The notes under the pieces were generated by a model. The model had not been told where the DNA came from. It saw only the letters and a program-made list of their open reading frames with translations, and did not search any database. The translations under genes and the position numbers were made by a program. Shown here piece after piece: positions 49,247 through 58,689 of a stretch of DNA of 64,000 nucleotides; the stretch's first letter is position 1; each line of letters opens with the position of its first letter. This DNA comes from an uncultured Parvularcula sp. (GTDB lineage Bacteria > Pseudomonadota > Alphaproteobacteria > Caulobacterales > Parvularculaceae): positions 546 through 64,545 of the forward strand of contig CALFRH010000477.1 in NCBI GenBank assembly GCA_937919225.1. Reading direction: 5' to 3'.

Positions 49247-49813
49247 TTACCGCCGGCGGGGATCGCCCACAAAAATCACATGGCTGACGACATTGCTGAC
49301 GCCGTCAATCGACTGGGCATGGCCGGTCACACGGGACAGCTCATCGGGCCCTTGGGCCACGCCGAGAAGGTAGACTGTCCCCCCACTGATCGAAAACTTG
49401 TAGTTACCGCTATAGATACCATTGTCCGCGACGATGGCGGCGCCTAGGCGCCGGTCGACGAGGGCGTCTTTGGTCCCCTGTCCGACAGAGGTGCGACCGC
49501 CGACCACCACTTCGTTCAAGACCTCAGACACAAGGTTCAGCCGGCTGGCCTTATCGGTGAGGGCCAGGCGTGCAGCCTCGGTGCGCACCGTGCCGGTGAC
49601 AAGAACGCGGCCTTCAAAAACGGTAACGTCCACATCGCTAAAATCATGGGATCGGTCAGCGAGGAGCCGGGCGCCAAGGCTGATGTCCGCCGCTGAGTCG
49701 TCGACCCCCTCGCCAAAGGTGCGGTTACTAACGCAGGCGTTTAGCGTCAGGGCAGTCAACGCAGCCAACAGCATTGCGGCTAACGGGTTACGAGATTGGG
49801 CGTGGTCCATCAT
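49247..49813 (-). CDS. Dual BON-domain lipoprotein (YraP/DolP-like)
   Basis: Lipobox LNAC; RTFGEGVDD; EGRVLVTG; GTVYLLG; downstream of yraN. Confidence 0.88.
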   Translation of the reverse strand: MMDHAQSRNPLAAMLLAALTALTLNACVSNRTFGEGVDDSAADISLGARLLADRSHDFSDVDVTVFEGRVLVTGTVRTEAARLALTDKASRLNLVSEVLNEVVVGGRTSVGQGTKDALVDRRLGAAIVADNGIYSGNYKFSISGGTVYLLGVAQGPDELSRVTGHAQSIDGVSNVVSHVIFVGDPRRR

Positions 49814-49897
49814 GATGCGGCTCCCGGCATTCATCGCTACTACGGCTTTTATCGCCAAATACGGGCATGGGAAACGTCTCGCGCACCCATAACCCCT

Positions 49898-50308
49898 TTA
49901 GAAAATGTCAAGGTTAACGCCGTCTTTACGTCCAGGCTCTGGACGCCAGGCATCGGGATGATGTTTGGGCCAGCCTCGGGCAACGGTGACGACATCATAT
50001 CGATAGGTCCCCCGAAAGCCTCGCCCGAACCGCGCTTGCCATAGCCCCGCCGCGGCGGCGATTCGGGCCTCTCCCACCGAGGTGACGGCCCAAAGCCCCT
50101 CATCATGGGTCGGCCGAGATTTCACCTCAACAAAAGCAATCGTCCCGCCCCGCTGGGTAATCAGATCAATTTCCCCCGCCTCACACCGAAACCGCCAGGC
50201 CAAAATGCGATAGCCCTTGAAGGTCAGGAGGAGGGCCGCCAACCCTTCGGCCCGGCGCCCCGCCCGTTCGGCGGCTTGCCGACGGTTTAGCGATCGCGGT
50301 CGAGCCAT
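49898..50308 (-). CDS. yraN: YraN (UPF0102) protein
   Basis: GRRAE..A; GYRIL; GEIDLI; FVEVKSR; RYDVV. Confidence 0.92.
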   Translation of the reverse strand: MARPRSLNRRQAAERAGRRAEGLAALLLTFKGYRILAWRFRCEAGEIDLITQRGGTIAFVEVKSRPTHDEGLWAVTSVGEARIAAAAGLWQARFGRGFRGTYRYDVVTVARGWPKHHPDAWRPEPGRKDGVNLDIF

Positions 50309-51141
50309 CGTTGGTAAAGCTCTCTTTTTTTGAGGCCTGTGTCGGTGGCCACCTTGGCGGCGGCGTCCTTAAGGCTGAGGGTTTGAAGAGCAGCCTTCAT
50401 CAGGGGATCGGCCTCTTCAAGGCTCGGAGGGGTTACCTCTTGGGGTCCAATCAACAGGACCAACTCACCCTTTGGCGGCGCATCTTGGTATTGGGCGGCG
50501 AGGGCGCTAGCGGGGCCGTCGACCACTTCTTCATAGAGTTTGGTCAATTCTCGCCCGACCACGACCACCGGATCCCCAAGGACGCTCGCAATGTCCGCCA
50601 AGCTGGCGGCCAGTCTTGGCCCCGTTTCATAAAAGATGAGGGTTTCATCCCGCCCCTTTAGCGCTTCAAGCCGGTTGGAGCGGGCGCCCCGTTTGGGCGG
50701 TAGAAATCCTTGAAAGCTGAACCGGTCGCTCGGAAGGCCCGCTATCGAAAGGGCCGCAATTGCCGCACAAGGCCCCGGAATGCTGAAGACTTTATGTCCC
50801 GCGGCGCGCGCTTCGGCCACCAGCTTATACCCCGGATCGGCAATCAGGGGCGTGCCTGCATCGGAGACCAGCACCACCGCCTCGCCCCGCTCTAACGCCT
50901 CCAGAATTTGGGGGCGTGCCGCCTCGCCGCGATGATCGTCATAGCGGCGCAGGGGCCTAGAGGGCAGCCCCAGGGCGGTGACAAGCTTCCCGGTCACCCG
51001 CGTATCCTCGCAAAGAATAAGGTCTGCTTGGCTAAAGGCGGTGCGCAGCCGGTCGCTCACGTCCTGCAGGTTACCAATGGGCGTCGCCGCCACGTACAGG
51101 CCCGGGGCCATTGGGGACGCCAAGGGGGAAGGGGTGGTCAT
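50287..51141 (-). CDS. rsmI: 16S rRNA C1402 2'-O-methyltransferase
   Basis: ATPIGNL.D, CEDTRVT, VSDAGTP.IADPG, RELTK. Confidence 0.96.
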   Translation of the reverse strand: MTTPSPLASPMAPGLYVAATPIGNLQDVSDRLRTAFSQADLILCEDTRVTGKLVTALGLPSRPLRRYDDHRGEAARPQILEALERGEAVVLVSDAGTPLIADPGYKLVAEARAAGHKVFSIPGPCAAIAALSIAGLPSDRFSFQGFLPPKRGARSNRLEALKGRDETLIFYETGPRLAASLADIASVLGDPVVVVGRELTKLYEEVVDGPASALAAQYQDAPPKGELVLLIGPQEVTPPSLEEADPLMKAALQTLSLKDAAAKVATDTGLKKRELYQRWLDRDR

Positions 51142-51329
51142 CGGATCTCTCTGCCGGGCGCGGTGGCTCCGCGTCAATTGCCTGACCTCAGCTGTTTTCT
51201 TTTCCAGCAATTTAGAAAGACTGCCGCAATTTGGCTCCTTTCTGGCGCATCCTATCGTTGTGGGCCCGGTCGGGCTCCCCTATGGTGGGGGCGTTTTAGG
51301 TGGGATCTACATCGAATGGCGGACCGGAT

Positions 51330-52745
51330 ATGATCGGCGAAACGGGACAAAGACGAATGCGAGCCTTGGGCATGGTGGCGGCACTGGTAATGGGCTTGGC
51401 CGCCTGTTCAACCACGGGGCCCTCGCGTGCGCCGTCGGCAGGGGGACTGCCGGGTGAAAACCGTCCGCTGCCGGAGATTAACGAAGAAGAGTTCGTGACC
51501 GTCCCGCAGCAGCGGCGGACCGACGTGGTACGGATTGCCATCCTTCTGCCGTTCACCAACAGTTCTGAGAATATTGAGACGGTCGCCGCCTCCATGCTGA
51601 AGGCGGCCCAAATGGTCGCTTTCGAAAGCGACAATTCCAAGTACCTCCTTATCCCTAAAGATACGCAGGGCACGGCCGAGGGCGCGGCCCTGATGGCGGA
51701 AGAAGCCATCCGCGAAGGTGCCGAGGTGATCCTTGGTCCCCTCTTTTCGGAAAGCGTTGAAACCGTTGCGGCGATTGCCCGTCCCCTAAATGTGCCGGTG
51801 ATTGCGTTCTCCTCCGACAGCCGGGTGGCGGGTCAGGGGGTTTATCTCTTGAGCTTTCCGCCAGAGGCCGAAATTTCTCGGGTCACGGATTATGCGCTTT
51901 CCAAGGGCTATGCCCGGTTTGGTTTAATGGCGCCGTTCTCGGAGTTTGGTGACCGGGTGGCTAATGCCTTCTCGACGGAAGTCTTCACCCGTGGGGGGGA
52001 GATCATCCATACCGAGCGGTATGAGCGTTCCGCTGACGCCATGATCGATCCCGCCCGGCGCATGGCGCAATATGCAGCCGATGAATTTGTGCCCCAGATG
52101 GTGACCCCCCGACCCCAGACCATGGACGCCAACCTGTTGGCCGGGGCGGGTGCGGCAATGTCCGCTAATTCCGTTGTCAACGGACAGGATCCCTTCCGGG
52201 TGCCGAACGCCACATCGCGGCCGTCAGGGTCAATGATGATGAGCGGTGGGTACCAGGCGGTGCTACTACCGGAGCAAGGGCGCCTGTTACGAGCCCTCGC
52301 GCCGCTTTTCCCCTATTACAATGTGAATGTGCGCGAGGTGAAACTGCTTGGCCTGTCCGCGTGGAACAATCCGCTTTTGACGCGTGAGCCGGCGCTGAAT
52401 GGCGGCTGGTTTGCAGCGCCCGATCCGTCATTGGCGGAAGGGTTCAAGCGCCGCTATCAAACGGCCTATGGGGAAAAGCCGCCACGGCTGGCGTCTCTGG
52501 CTTATGATGCAGCGCTCCTCACGGCCCGCTTGTCGCAGTTGCCGCCGGAGACCCGCTTCTCGGTCGAAACAATTGCCAATCCGAACGGCTATTTGGGGGC
52601 GGATGGATTGTTCCGTCTTCGCGCTGATGGGATGGTGGAGCGGGGCCTCGCGGTCCTTGAGATCCGCCCATCCGGCATCAAGGTCATTGACCCGGCGCCG
52701 CGGACATTCATTACCCAGGATAGCTATAGTCAGGTGGGGTACTAA
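51330..52745 (+). CDS. LpoA/LppC-like PBP activator lipoprotein
   Basis: Lipobox LAAC; IAILLP, ILGPLFS, LAYDA, GADGLFR..G.VERGLAV; divergent from rsmI. Confidence 0.85.
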   Translation: MIGETGQRRMRALGMVAALVMGLAACSTTGPSRAPSAGGLPGENRPLPEINEEEFVTVPQQRRTDVVRIAILLPFTNSSENIETVAASMLKAAQMVAFESDNSKYLLIPKDTQGTAEGAALMAEEAIREGAEVILGPLFSESVETVAAIARPLNVPVIAFSSDSRVAGQGVYLLSFPPEAEISRVTDYALSKGYARFGLMAPFSEFGDRVANAFSTEVFTRGGEIIHTERYERSADAMIDPARRMAQYAADEFVPQMVTPRPQTMDANLLAGAGAAMSANSVVNGQDPFRVPNATSRPSGSMMMSGGYQAVLLPEQGRLLRALAPLFPYYNVNVREVKLLGLSAWNNPLLTREPALNGGWFAAPDPSLAEGFKRRYQTAYGEKPPRLASLAYDAALLTARLSQLPPETRFSVETIANPNGYLGADGLFRLRADGMVERGLAVLEIRPSGIKVIDPAPRTFITQDSYSQVGY

Positions 52746-53118
52746 ACCCCTTTTCCGTTATGCGGGGGGATGAGGCTCTCAATTGCTTCAGCTTGTGACC
52801 GACAGCAACAATACCCTCGAGCGCGGGGATCAACTCAGCGCCAAGCTCGGTGAGCTCATACTCCACTGACGGCGGCGATGTGGGCCGAACGTGCCGGTAA
52901 AGGACACCGCGCTCTTCCAATTCGGATAGGCGCGCTGACAGCACCTTGGCGGAGATCGGCGGAATATCGGCACGGAGTTCGCTGAACCGCCGGGGGCCGG
53001 CGCGCAATTCCCAGATGACATTCGGTGCCCAAGCGCCTGCAATGATGGCCATGCATTCGGTCAACATGCAGGGTTCGGGCGGCTTTGGGCTTTTGTTCTT
53101 CCTCATTTTTAGCGCCAT
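52711..53118 (-). CDS. HxlR/DUF24 winged-helix regulator
   Basis: C....I.GAW, RRFSEL, ISAKVLSARLSELE, PPSVEYELT. Confidence 0.92.
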   Translation of the reverse strand: MALKMRKNKSPKPPEPCMLTECMAIIAGAWAPNVIWELRAGPRRFSELRADIPPISAKVLSARLSELEERGVLYRHVRPTSPPSVEYELTELGAELIPALEGIVAVGHKLKQLRASSPRITEKGFSTPPDYSYPG

Positions 53119-53180
53119 ATTTTCAGTGCCCCTTTTCAGTGACCTGTGTCGGTGTTGCGGCCGTTACCTGGTTTCTCTGA

Positions 53181-53215
53181 GGTTACCCAATAGTTCTTAG
53201 TTACTATTGGAAACC
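53181..53215. promoter_or_regulatory. Inverted-repeat operator candidate between hxlR and gst
   Basis: CCAATAGT-N8-ACTATTGG flanked by GGTT/AACC; GTTAC at 53163, 53182, 53200. Confidence 0.55.
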
Positions 53216-53283
53216 TAATTATCAATGGTTATCCCTTCTGTGCGGCATTCAGCTGCGAAAGTCACGACAAAGGAGATGAGACC

Positions 53284-53904
53284 ATGAAATTATATTACAA
53301 ACCCGGCGCATGCTCGATGGCGACCCATATTGTCCTCAACGAGTTGGGTGAGACATTCGAGTTAGAAAGTGTCGACACGAAGAAAGGCGTCACCGCATCC
53401 GGCGCACCCTATCGCGAGATTAACCCCCGCGGTTATGTGCCCGCTCTTACCATCCCAAACGGTGAGACGCTCACTGAGAATGGCGCCATTCTGCAATATA
53501 TTTTTGATGAGCGGTATAGCGACCAAATCGACATCACCACATTTGTGCGTGCACGCCTTCAAGAGGTTTTGAGCTTCTTGTCATCAGAGTTGCACAAAGC
53601 GTTCAGCCCTTTCTTTGCCAAGACAAAGCCCACCACTGAAGAACACGCTATCGCCCTTGAGAAGCTTCGCATACAGCTTTCTCACCTTGAGGGGATAATC
53701 GCTGATGGTCGCAAATTTATGCTGGGCGCAACCTACACACCGGCTGACGCTTATGCATTTGTTATTCTCAATTGGGCAGGTGTCATTCGCTTGCCGCTTG
53801 ATGATTGGCCCAATGTAAAAGCCTTTTATGAGCGGATATTGGTGCGTCCCGCCACGCAAAAGGCAATGGTGCGCGAAGGGCTCATCAAGGCGGAAGCGGC
53901 ATAA
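53284..53904 (+). CDS. Glutathione S-transferase, beta class
   Basis: MKLYYKPGACS, INPRGYVPAL, LTENGAILQY, SSELHK; AGGAG RBS. Confidence 0.95.
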   Translation: MKLYYKPGACSMATHIVLNELGETFELESVDTKKGVTASGAPYREINPRGYVPALTIPNGETLTENGAILQYIFDERYSDQIDITTFVRARLQEVLSFLSSELHKAFSPFFAKTKPTTEEHAIALEKLRIQLSHLEGIIADGRKFMLGATYTPADAYAFVILNWAGVIRLPLDDWPNVKAFYERILVRPATQKAMVREGLIKAEAA

Positions 53905-54284
53905 TGTCCGCTTACACTCAGATTGAACAGGTCATCGGAGAATATTTCGATGGCCTGTACCACGCCGATGCCGAGAGGCTAAGGCGGGTATTTCACCCCC
54001 AGGCTGTTTACGCCACTGCGGACGAGGCGGAACCTTTAATCCGTAACATGAAAGACTATTTCGCGGTTGTCGAGAAACGCGTCTCGCCAGCCTCGAGAAA
54101 CGAGGTGCGAAAAGACATCATTGATCGTATTGAAGTGGCCGGACGCAACACAGCAAGTGCGCGGGTGCGCTGCTCCATCGGGGAACGCGACTTTGTCGAC
54201 TTTCTAACGTTTATCCGAGCGGATGGCGAGTGGCGCATTCTCTCGAAAGTTTTTCAAATCATCACACCTCAAAGGGAGGTATAA
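53904..54284 (+). CDS. NTF2-fold (lumazine-binding-2/SnoaL-like) protein
   Basis: YFDGLYHAD..L..VFHP; FVDFLT..DGEWRILSKVF. Confidence 0.88.
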   Translation: MSAYTQIEQVIGEYFDGLYHADAERLRRVFHPQAVYATADEAEPLIRNMKDYFAVVEKRVSPASRNEVRKDIIDRIEVAGRNTASARVRCSIGERDFVDFLTFIRADGEWRILSKVFQIITPQREV

Positions 54285-54285
54285 A

Positions 54286-54504
54286 ATGCCGTACATCAAC
54301 ATTCAGGTGACGAAAGAAGGGGTTTCGGAGAGCCAAAAGCGCGATCTTATTAAGGGAGCGACGGACCTTCTGGTGGATGTTTTGGACAAATCACCGGCTA
54401 CCACTTTCGTTGTTATCGACGAAGTCGACATGGAAAATTGGGGCGTTGGCGGACTACCGGTCGAGGCGTACCGCGCCCACCAGTCCCGAGACCAGAGCCA
54501 ATGA
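54286..54504 (+). CDS. 4-oxalocrotonate tautomerase family protein
   Basis: Catalytic N-terminal Pro (MPYINIQ), QK..LI, VVIDEV..ENWGVGG; GGAGG RBS. Confidence 0.92.
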   Translation: MPYINIQVTKEGVSESQKRDLIKGATDLLVDVLDKSPATTFVVIDEVDMENWGVGGLPVEAYRAHQSRDQSQ

Positions 54505-54672
54505 TCTCGCGCTCTTAACGTAGGCCGTGCAATCATGGGGCGGCGCCACCCTGTCCGATGGGCAGCTTTCGGTTTTGGGCATTGCTCCTTTGCCTTCTTG
54601 TTGCCGTGAATTCACTGGTAATAGTGGGCGAACAGCATATTTTTGTGATGCCACTATTGTGAGGAGGGTCCT

Positions 54673-55269
54673 ATGGGTTTCCGTTCTATGTTCGCGCGCT
54701 CCCTGGCTGCACTGGCCGCTGTTAGTCTCGCGGCTTGCATCACTCCGCGGGGGGAGCCTGCAAAACCGGCCGCTGCACCGGCGCCCACTACCGATTTCAG
54801 TCAAAGCACCGTTGCTGATGAGGTCGCCGATTGGCTCGGTGTTTCGGCTGAGACCGCAGGCTCAATTGTGGAACGTGTGTTCAGCGATTTAGGCGAGCCT
54901 GTCGGCTATATTCGCGGCGAGGAGGCGTCCGGCGCCATCGGTCCTGGCCTTCGGTATGGTCGCGGTACAATGATGCTGCCCGGGCAAAATGTTGGTGTGT
55001 ACTGGCAAGGCCCGTCGGTGGGTTGGGATCTTGGGGCGAACGCGTCAAAGACCTTCACCCTTGTTTATGATCTGCCGCGAGCAGAGGATATTTATCGCCG
55101 CTTTCCCGGGGTGGAGGGTACAGCCTATCTCGTTGGCGGTGTTGGCGTGAACTATCAGCGGGCGGAGGGGATTACTCTTGTTCCCATGCGCGCTGGGGTT
55201 GGTGCCCGCCTGGGGGCGAATATTGGATATTTGGCCTATTCCCGGGAGCAGCGGATTTTACCGTTTTAG
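54673..55269 (+). CDS. eipA: Envelope integrity protein EipA (DUF1134)
   Basis: Lipobox LAAC; GYIRGEEASGA..GLRYG.G; YWQGPS.GWD; G.RLGANIGYL. Confidence 0.88.
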   Translation: MGFRSMFARSLAALAAVSLAACITPRGEPAKPAAAPAPTTDFSQSTVADEVADWLGVSAETAGSIVERVFSDLGEPVGYIRGEEASGAIGPGLRYGRGTMMLPGQNVGVYWQGPSVGWDLGANASKTFTLVYDLPRAEDIYRRFPGVEGTAYLVGGVGVNYQRAEGITLVPMRAGVGARLGANIGYLAYSREQRILPF

Positions 55270-55367
55270 GGCAGGCTCAGCAGCTTCGTCATCATCCCTG
55301 ATGTCCCTTTTGGCTTGCGGGTGCGTGAGTGTGTGCTGAGTGGTCTGTTCCTCGCTGAACCTGCAAA

Positions 55368-55497
55368 CCACCCCCTCCGCCCTTCGGGCACCTCCCCCGC
55401 TTTGTGGGTGAGGATTGTAGCTTTGTTGCTTCTGATTTTTTTTTCCCCTTTTTGGGGGGTAGTGGGCCCTCGCCGAATGGCGTGGGGTCTATGGGGG
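55368..55497. repeat. Inverted pair of GC-rich REP/CIR-like palindromic units
   Basis: CCCCCTCCGCCCTTCGGGCACCTCCCCC..GGGTGAGG (55371-55413) and a degenerate inverse unit at 55444-55497. Confidence 0.6.
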
Positions 55498-55579
55498 AAA
55501 GGATGTAGGTGCTTTGAGATGATATCCGTTCTTTTGATCTGGTCCGTGTGTTTCAGAGAACATTGTGAAGTGCGGTTAC

Positions 55580-55609
55580 AAAAAAGCCCCGCTCATTGAG
55601 CGGGGCTTT
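55580..55609 (-). terminator. Rho-independent terminator of pnp
   Basis: AAAGCCCCGCTC-ATT-GAGCGGGGCTTT with A6 run giving a U tail on the minus strand. Confidence 0.88.
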
Positions 55610-55633
55610 CTCATTTGTCTTCGAAGAACGAGT

Positions 55634-57760
55634 CTAGTCGTCCTTTTTCTCTTTCGGGATTTCTTTGCCCGTTTCTTGGTCAACGACCTTCATGGACAGG
55701 CGAACCTTGCCGCGATCATCAAAGCCCAAGAGCTTGACGAAGACTTCGTCGCCTTCTTTGACGACATCAGTGGTCTTCTCAGGGCGGCCATCGTTCAGCT
55801 GACTGATATGCACAAGGCCATCGCGGGCGCCGAAGAAGTTGACGAAGGCGCCAAAGTCCACGGTTTTCACCACTTTGCCTTTATAGACTTCACCCACTTC
55901 GGGTTCGTCCGTCAGGCTGCGGATCCAGGTGACAGCAGCCTCAATGGAGGCGGCTTCGGAAGAGGCAATTTTGATCGTGCCGTCGTCCTCCACATTCACT
56001 TTTGCGCCGGTTTTTTCGACGATTTCGCGAATGACCTTGCCGCCCGATCCGATCACATCACGGATTTTCTCCACGGGGATCTTCATGGTCTCAATGCGCG
56101 GGGCGAACTCGCCCACTTCGCCGCGGCTTTCGCCGAGGGCTTTGTTCATCTCGCCGAGGATGTGCATCCGGCCATCTTTGGCTTGGGCCAAAGCGGTGCG
56201 CATGATTTCCTCGGTGATGCCGGCCACCTTAATGTCCATTTGGAGGGAGGTTACCCCATCGGCGGTCCCCGCCACTTTAAAGTCCATGTCGCCTAAGTGA
56301 TCTTCATCACCAAGAATATCCGACAGAACCGCAAAGCGCTCACCCTCTAGGATAAGGCCCATGGCGATGCCCGCCACAGCGTTTTTGATCGGCACACCCG
56401 CATCCATCAGGGCGAGGGAGGATCCGCATACGGTGGCCATTGAGGAGGAGCCGTTGGACTCCGTAATCTCGGAAACGAGACGCAGGACGTAAGGGAACTC
56501 TTCCTGCTTTGGCAGGACGGCTTTCACCGCGCGCCAGGCCAGCTTCCCGTGGCCGATTTCCCGGCGCCCTGGGGAGCCCATGCGACCGGTCTCACCGACG
56601 GAGTAGGGCGGGAAGTTATAATGCAGAAGGAAGTTCTCTTTGTACGTCCCTTCAAGGGCATCGATAAACTGCTCATCGTCCGAGGTGCCGAGGGTCGCCA
56701 CAACGATCGCCTGGGTTTCCCCTCGGGTGAAGAGGGAAGAGCCGTGACTGCGGGGCAGGACGCCCACTTCTGACTCAATTTGGCGAACTGTCTTCGTATC
56801 GCGGCCGTCAATCCGTTGGCCTGTGTCTAAGATCCCGTTCCGGACAATGTCGGATTCGATCTCTTTGAGAAGTGACCCGAGGACCGTTGGGTCCATGGCG
56901 TTCTGGGCCTCTTCACCGAGGAGGGCGTCTTTGGCCACCTGTTTTGCAGCGTTGATCTTTTCGACCCGGACTTGCTTCACGGTTTCTTTGTAGGCATCGC
57001 GCAGGCCGTCTTCGCAAAGGGCCCGTACCCGGGGCAACTCATCTGAGTAATCCGGAGGCGTATAATCCCATGGCTCTTTGGCGCAATCTTCGGCGAAATC
57101 GATGATAAGGCCGATGGCTTCTTTCGCAGCCGCGTGTCCGGCAACAACGGCGCCCAACATGACGTCTTCTGACAATTCTGAGGCTTGGGACTCCACCATC
57201 ATCACAGCGTCTTGGGTGCCCGCCATGACGAGGTCGAGGGCGCTGTCTTCCAGCTCTGCCCCGGTGGGGTTCACGATGTAGCTGCCATCTTTATAGGCAA
57301 TCCGCGCAGCGCCAATCGGCCCCATGAAGGGAATGCCGGAAATGGTAAGGGCCGCGGACGCACCGATCATGGCAACAACGTCTGGATCATTCTCCAGATC
57401 ATGGCTCATCACCGTACAGACCACTTGAACTTCGTTCTTAAAGCCAGGGGCAAATAAAGGCCGGATCGGCCGGTCAATCAGGCGCGAGGTCAGCGTCTCT
57501 TTTTCGCTGGGACGGCCCTCCCGTTTGAAAAAGCCGCCTGGAATGCGACCGGCGGCGTAGGCTTTTTCTTGGTAATTCACCGTGAGGGGGAAGAAGTCTT
57601 GGCCCGGTTTGGCCTCTCTTTGGCCAACAACGGTGGCGAGCACGGTGGTCTCCCCATAGGTGGCCAGGACGGCGCCGTCGGCCTGGCGCGCGATGCGGCC
57701 CGTCTCAAGGGTCAGCGTCTTGCCGGCCCATTCGATAGATTTTCTTGTGATTGTGAACAT
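55634..57760 (-). CDS. pnp: Polyribonucleotide nucleotidyltransferase
   Basis: [38 protein letters not shown] and S1 domains. Confidence 0.98.
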   Translation of the reverse strand: MFTITRKSIEWAGKTLTLETGRIARQADGAVLATYGETTVLATVVGQREAKPGQDFFPLTVNYQEKAYAAGRIPGGFFKREGRPSEKETLTSRLIDRPIRPLFAPGFKNEVQVVCTVMSHDLENDPDVVAMIGASAALTISGIPFMGPIGAARIAYKDGSYIVNPTGAELEDSALDLVMAGTQDAVMMVESQASELSEDVMLGAVVAGHAAAKEAIGLIIDFAEDCAKEPWDYTPPDYSDELPRVRALCEDGLRDAYKETVKQVRVEKINAAKQVAKDALLGEEAQNAMDPTVLGSLLKEIESDIVRNGILDTGQRIDGRDTKTVRQIESEVGVLPRSHGSSLFTRGETQAIVVATLGTSDDEQFIDALEGTYKENFLLHYNFPPYSVGETGRMGSPGRREIGHGKLAWRAVKAVLPKQEEFPYVLRLVSEITESNGSSSMATVCGSSLALMDAGVPIKNAVAGIAMGLILEGERFAVLSDILGDEDHLGDMDFKVAGTADGVTSLQMDIKVAGITEEIMRTALAQAKDGRMHILGEMNKALGESRGEVGEFAPRIETMKIPVEKIRDVIGSGGKVIREIVEKTGAKVNVEDDGTIKIASSEAASIEAAVTWIRSLTDEPEVGEVYKGKVVKTVDFGAFVNFFGARDGLVHISQLNDGRPEKTTDVVKEGDEVFVKLLGFDDRGKVRLSMKVVDQETGKEIPKEKKDD

Positions 57761-58005
57761 GGATATGTCTTTTCTGGATCACCAACAGCCGAATTGCGGT
57801 TGGCTTTTTCATCGTTTGGCTCATGCAAACGGATAAAGGCGCTTGTGGGGCAGGTGCTCGCGGGAAGCAACCGCTAACCCCAGGGTGGGGGAGCGCCTGA
57901 GGGCGGCGCGATTGCAATCTCTTGTTACAAAGCTTGATGGGAATCGGGCCTAACGACTCCCCTTTTATGGCGGCCATTGGCACCTGATGCGCTAGATTGC
58001 TTATT

Positions 58006-58689
58006 ATGAAGCTATTACCCGTGAACCCCATTCCCGATAACCACTCGGCCCTGGAGGAGGTGCTGCACGCCCTCACCCATGGGATTGGCATTGTGTTGGC
58101 GGTGGTTGCGCTGGTGTTTTTGGTCCTCAAAGCGTCCTTTTTTGGCGGGGTGTCGGAGATTACAGCGGTCAGCATTTATGGTGGGTCCGCGGTCCTATTG
58201 TACCTGGCGTCCACCGTCTATCACGCGGCGTTCAAGTCGGCCTTCCAACCCTTTTTGGAGGTGTTGGACCACGCTGCGATCTATTTGAAAATCGCTGGGT
58301 CCTACACGCCCTTCGCCGTGATCACATTGCCCGAGCTAAGCGGCAAGGTGATCCTTATCGCCGTTTGGGGGATGGCCACATTGGGTGTCGTGATGAAGTT
58401 CGTGGCGCACTATTTCTCGCAGATGCGGCGGTTCGATTGGATCTCCCTTGCCTCCTATGTGGGCATGGGATGGGTTGGGGTGTTCGTCATCCACCAATTG
58501 CTGGTGGGCCTGCCGCTGCCGGGGTTCTTATGGCTGTTGGCGGGGGGGCTTTGCTTCACCGTGGGGGCCGCTTTTTATGCGTGGAAGTCCCGGCGCTATA
58601 CCCACACGATTTTTCATATCTTCGTGTTGGCTGGCAGCATTTGCCACTTCATTTCAATCTATGGCTTCGTCTTGCCAGGGCGCGTTTAA
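58006..58689 (+). CDS. Hemolysin III/PAQR family membrane protein
   Basis: EE..HALTH, STVYH, LDHAAIYLKIAGSYTP, HTIFH.FV..H; seven TMs. Confidence 0.92.
   Translation: MKLLPVNPIPDNHSALEEVLHALTHGIGIVLAVVALVFLVLKASFFGGVSEITAVSIYGGSAVLLYLASTVYHAAFKSAFQPFLEVLDHAAIYLKIAGSYTPFAVITLPELSGKVILIAVWGMATLGVVMKFVAHYFSQMRRFDWISLASYVGMGWVGVFVIHQLLVGLPLPGFLWLLAGGLCFTVGAAFYAWKSRRYTHTIFHIFVLAGSICHFISIYGFVLPGRV

Noticed and set aside
55315-55599. 94-aa hydrophobic ORF after eipA
   Set aside because: Runs through palindromic repeats and a terminator; no protein family signal
55565-56296. 243-aa ORF opposite pnp (similar long ORFs oppose cpaC, cpaF and gdhA)
   Set aside because: Antisense shadows expected from GC-rich codon usage in conserved genes
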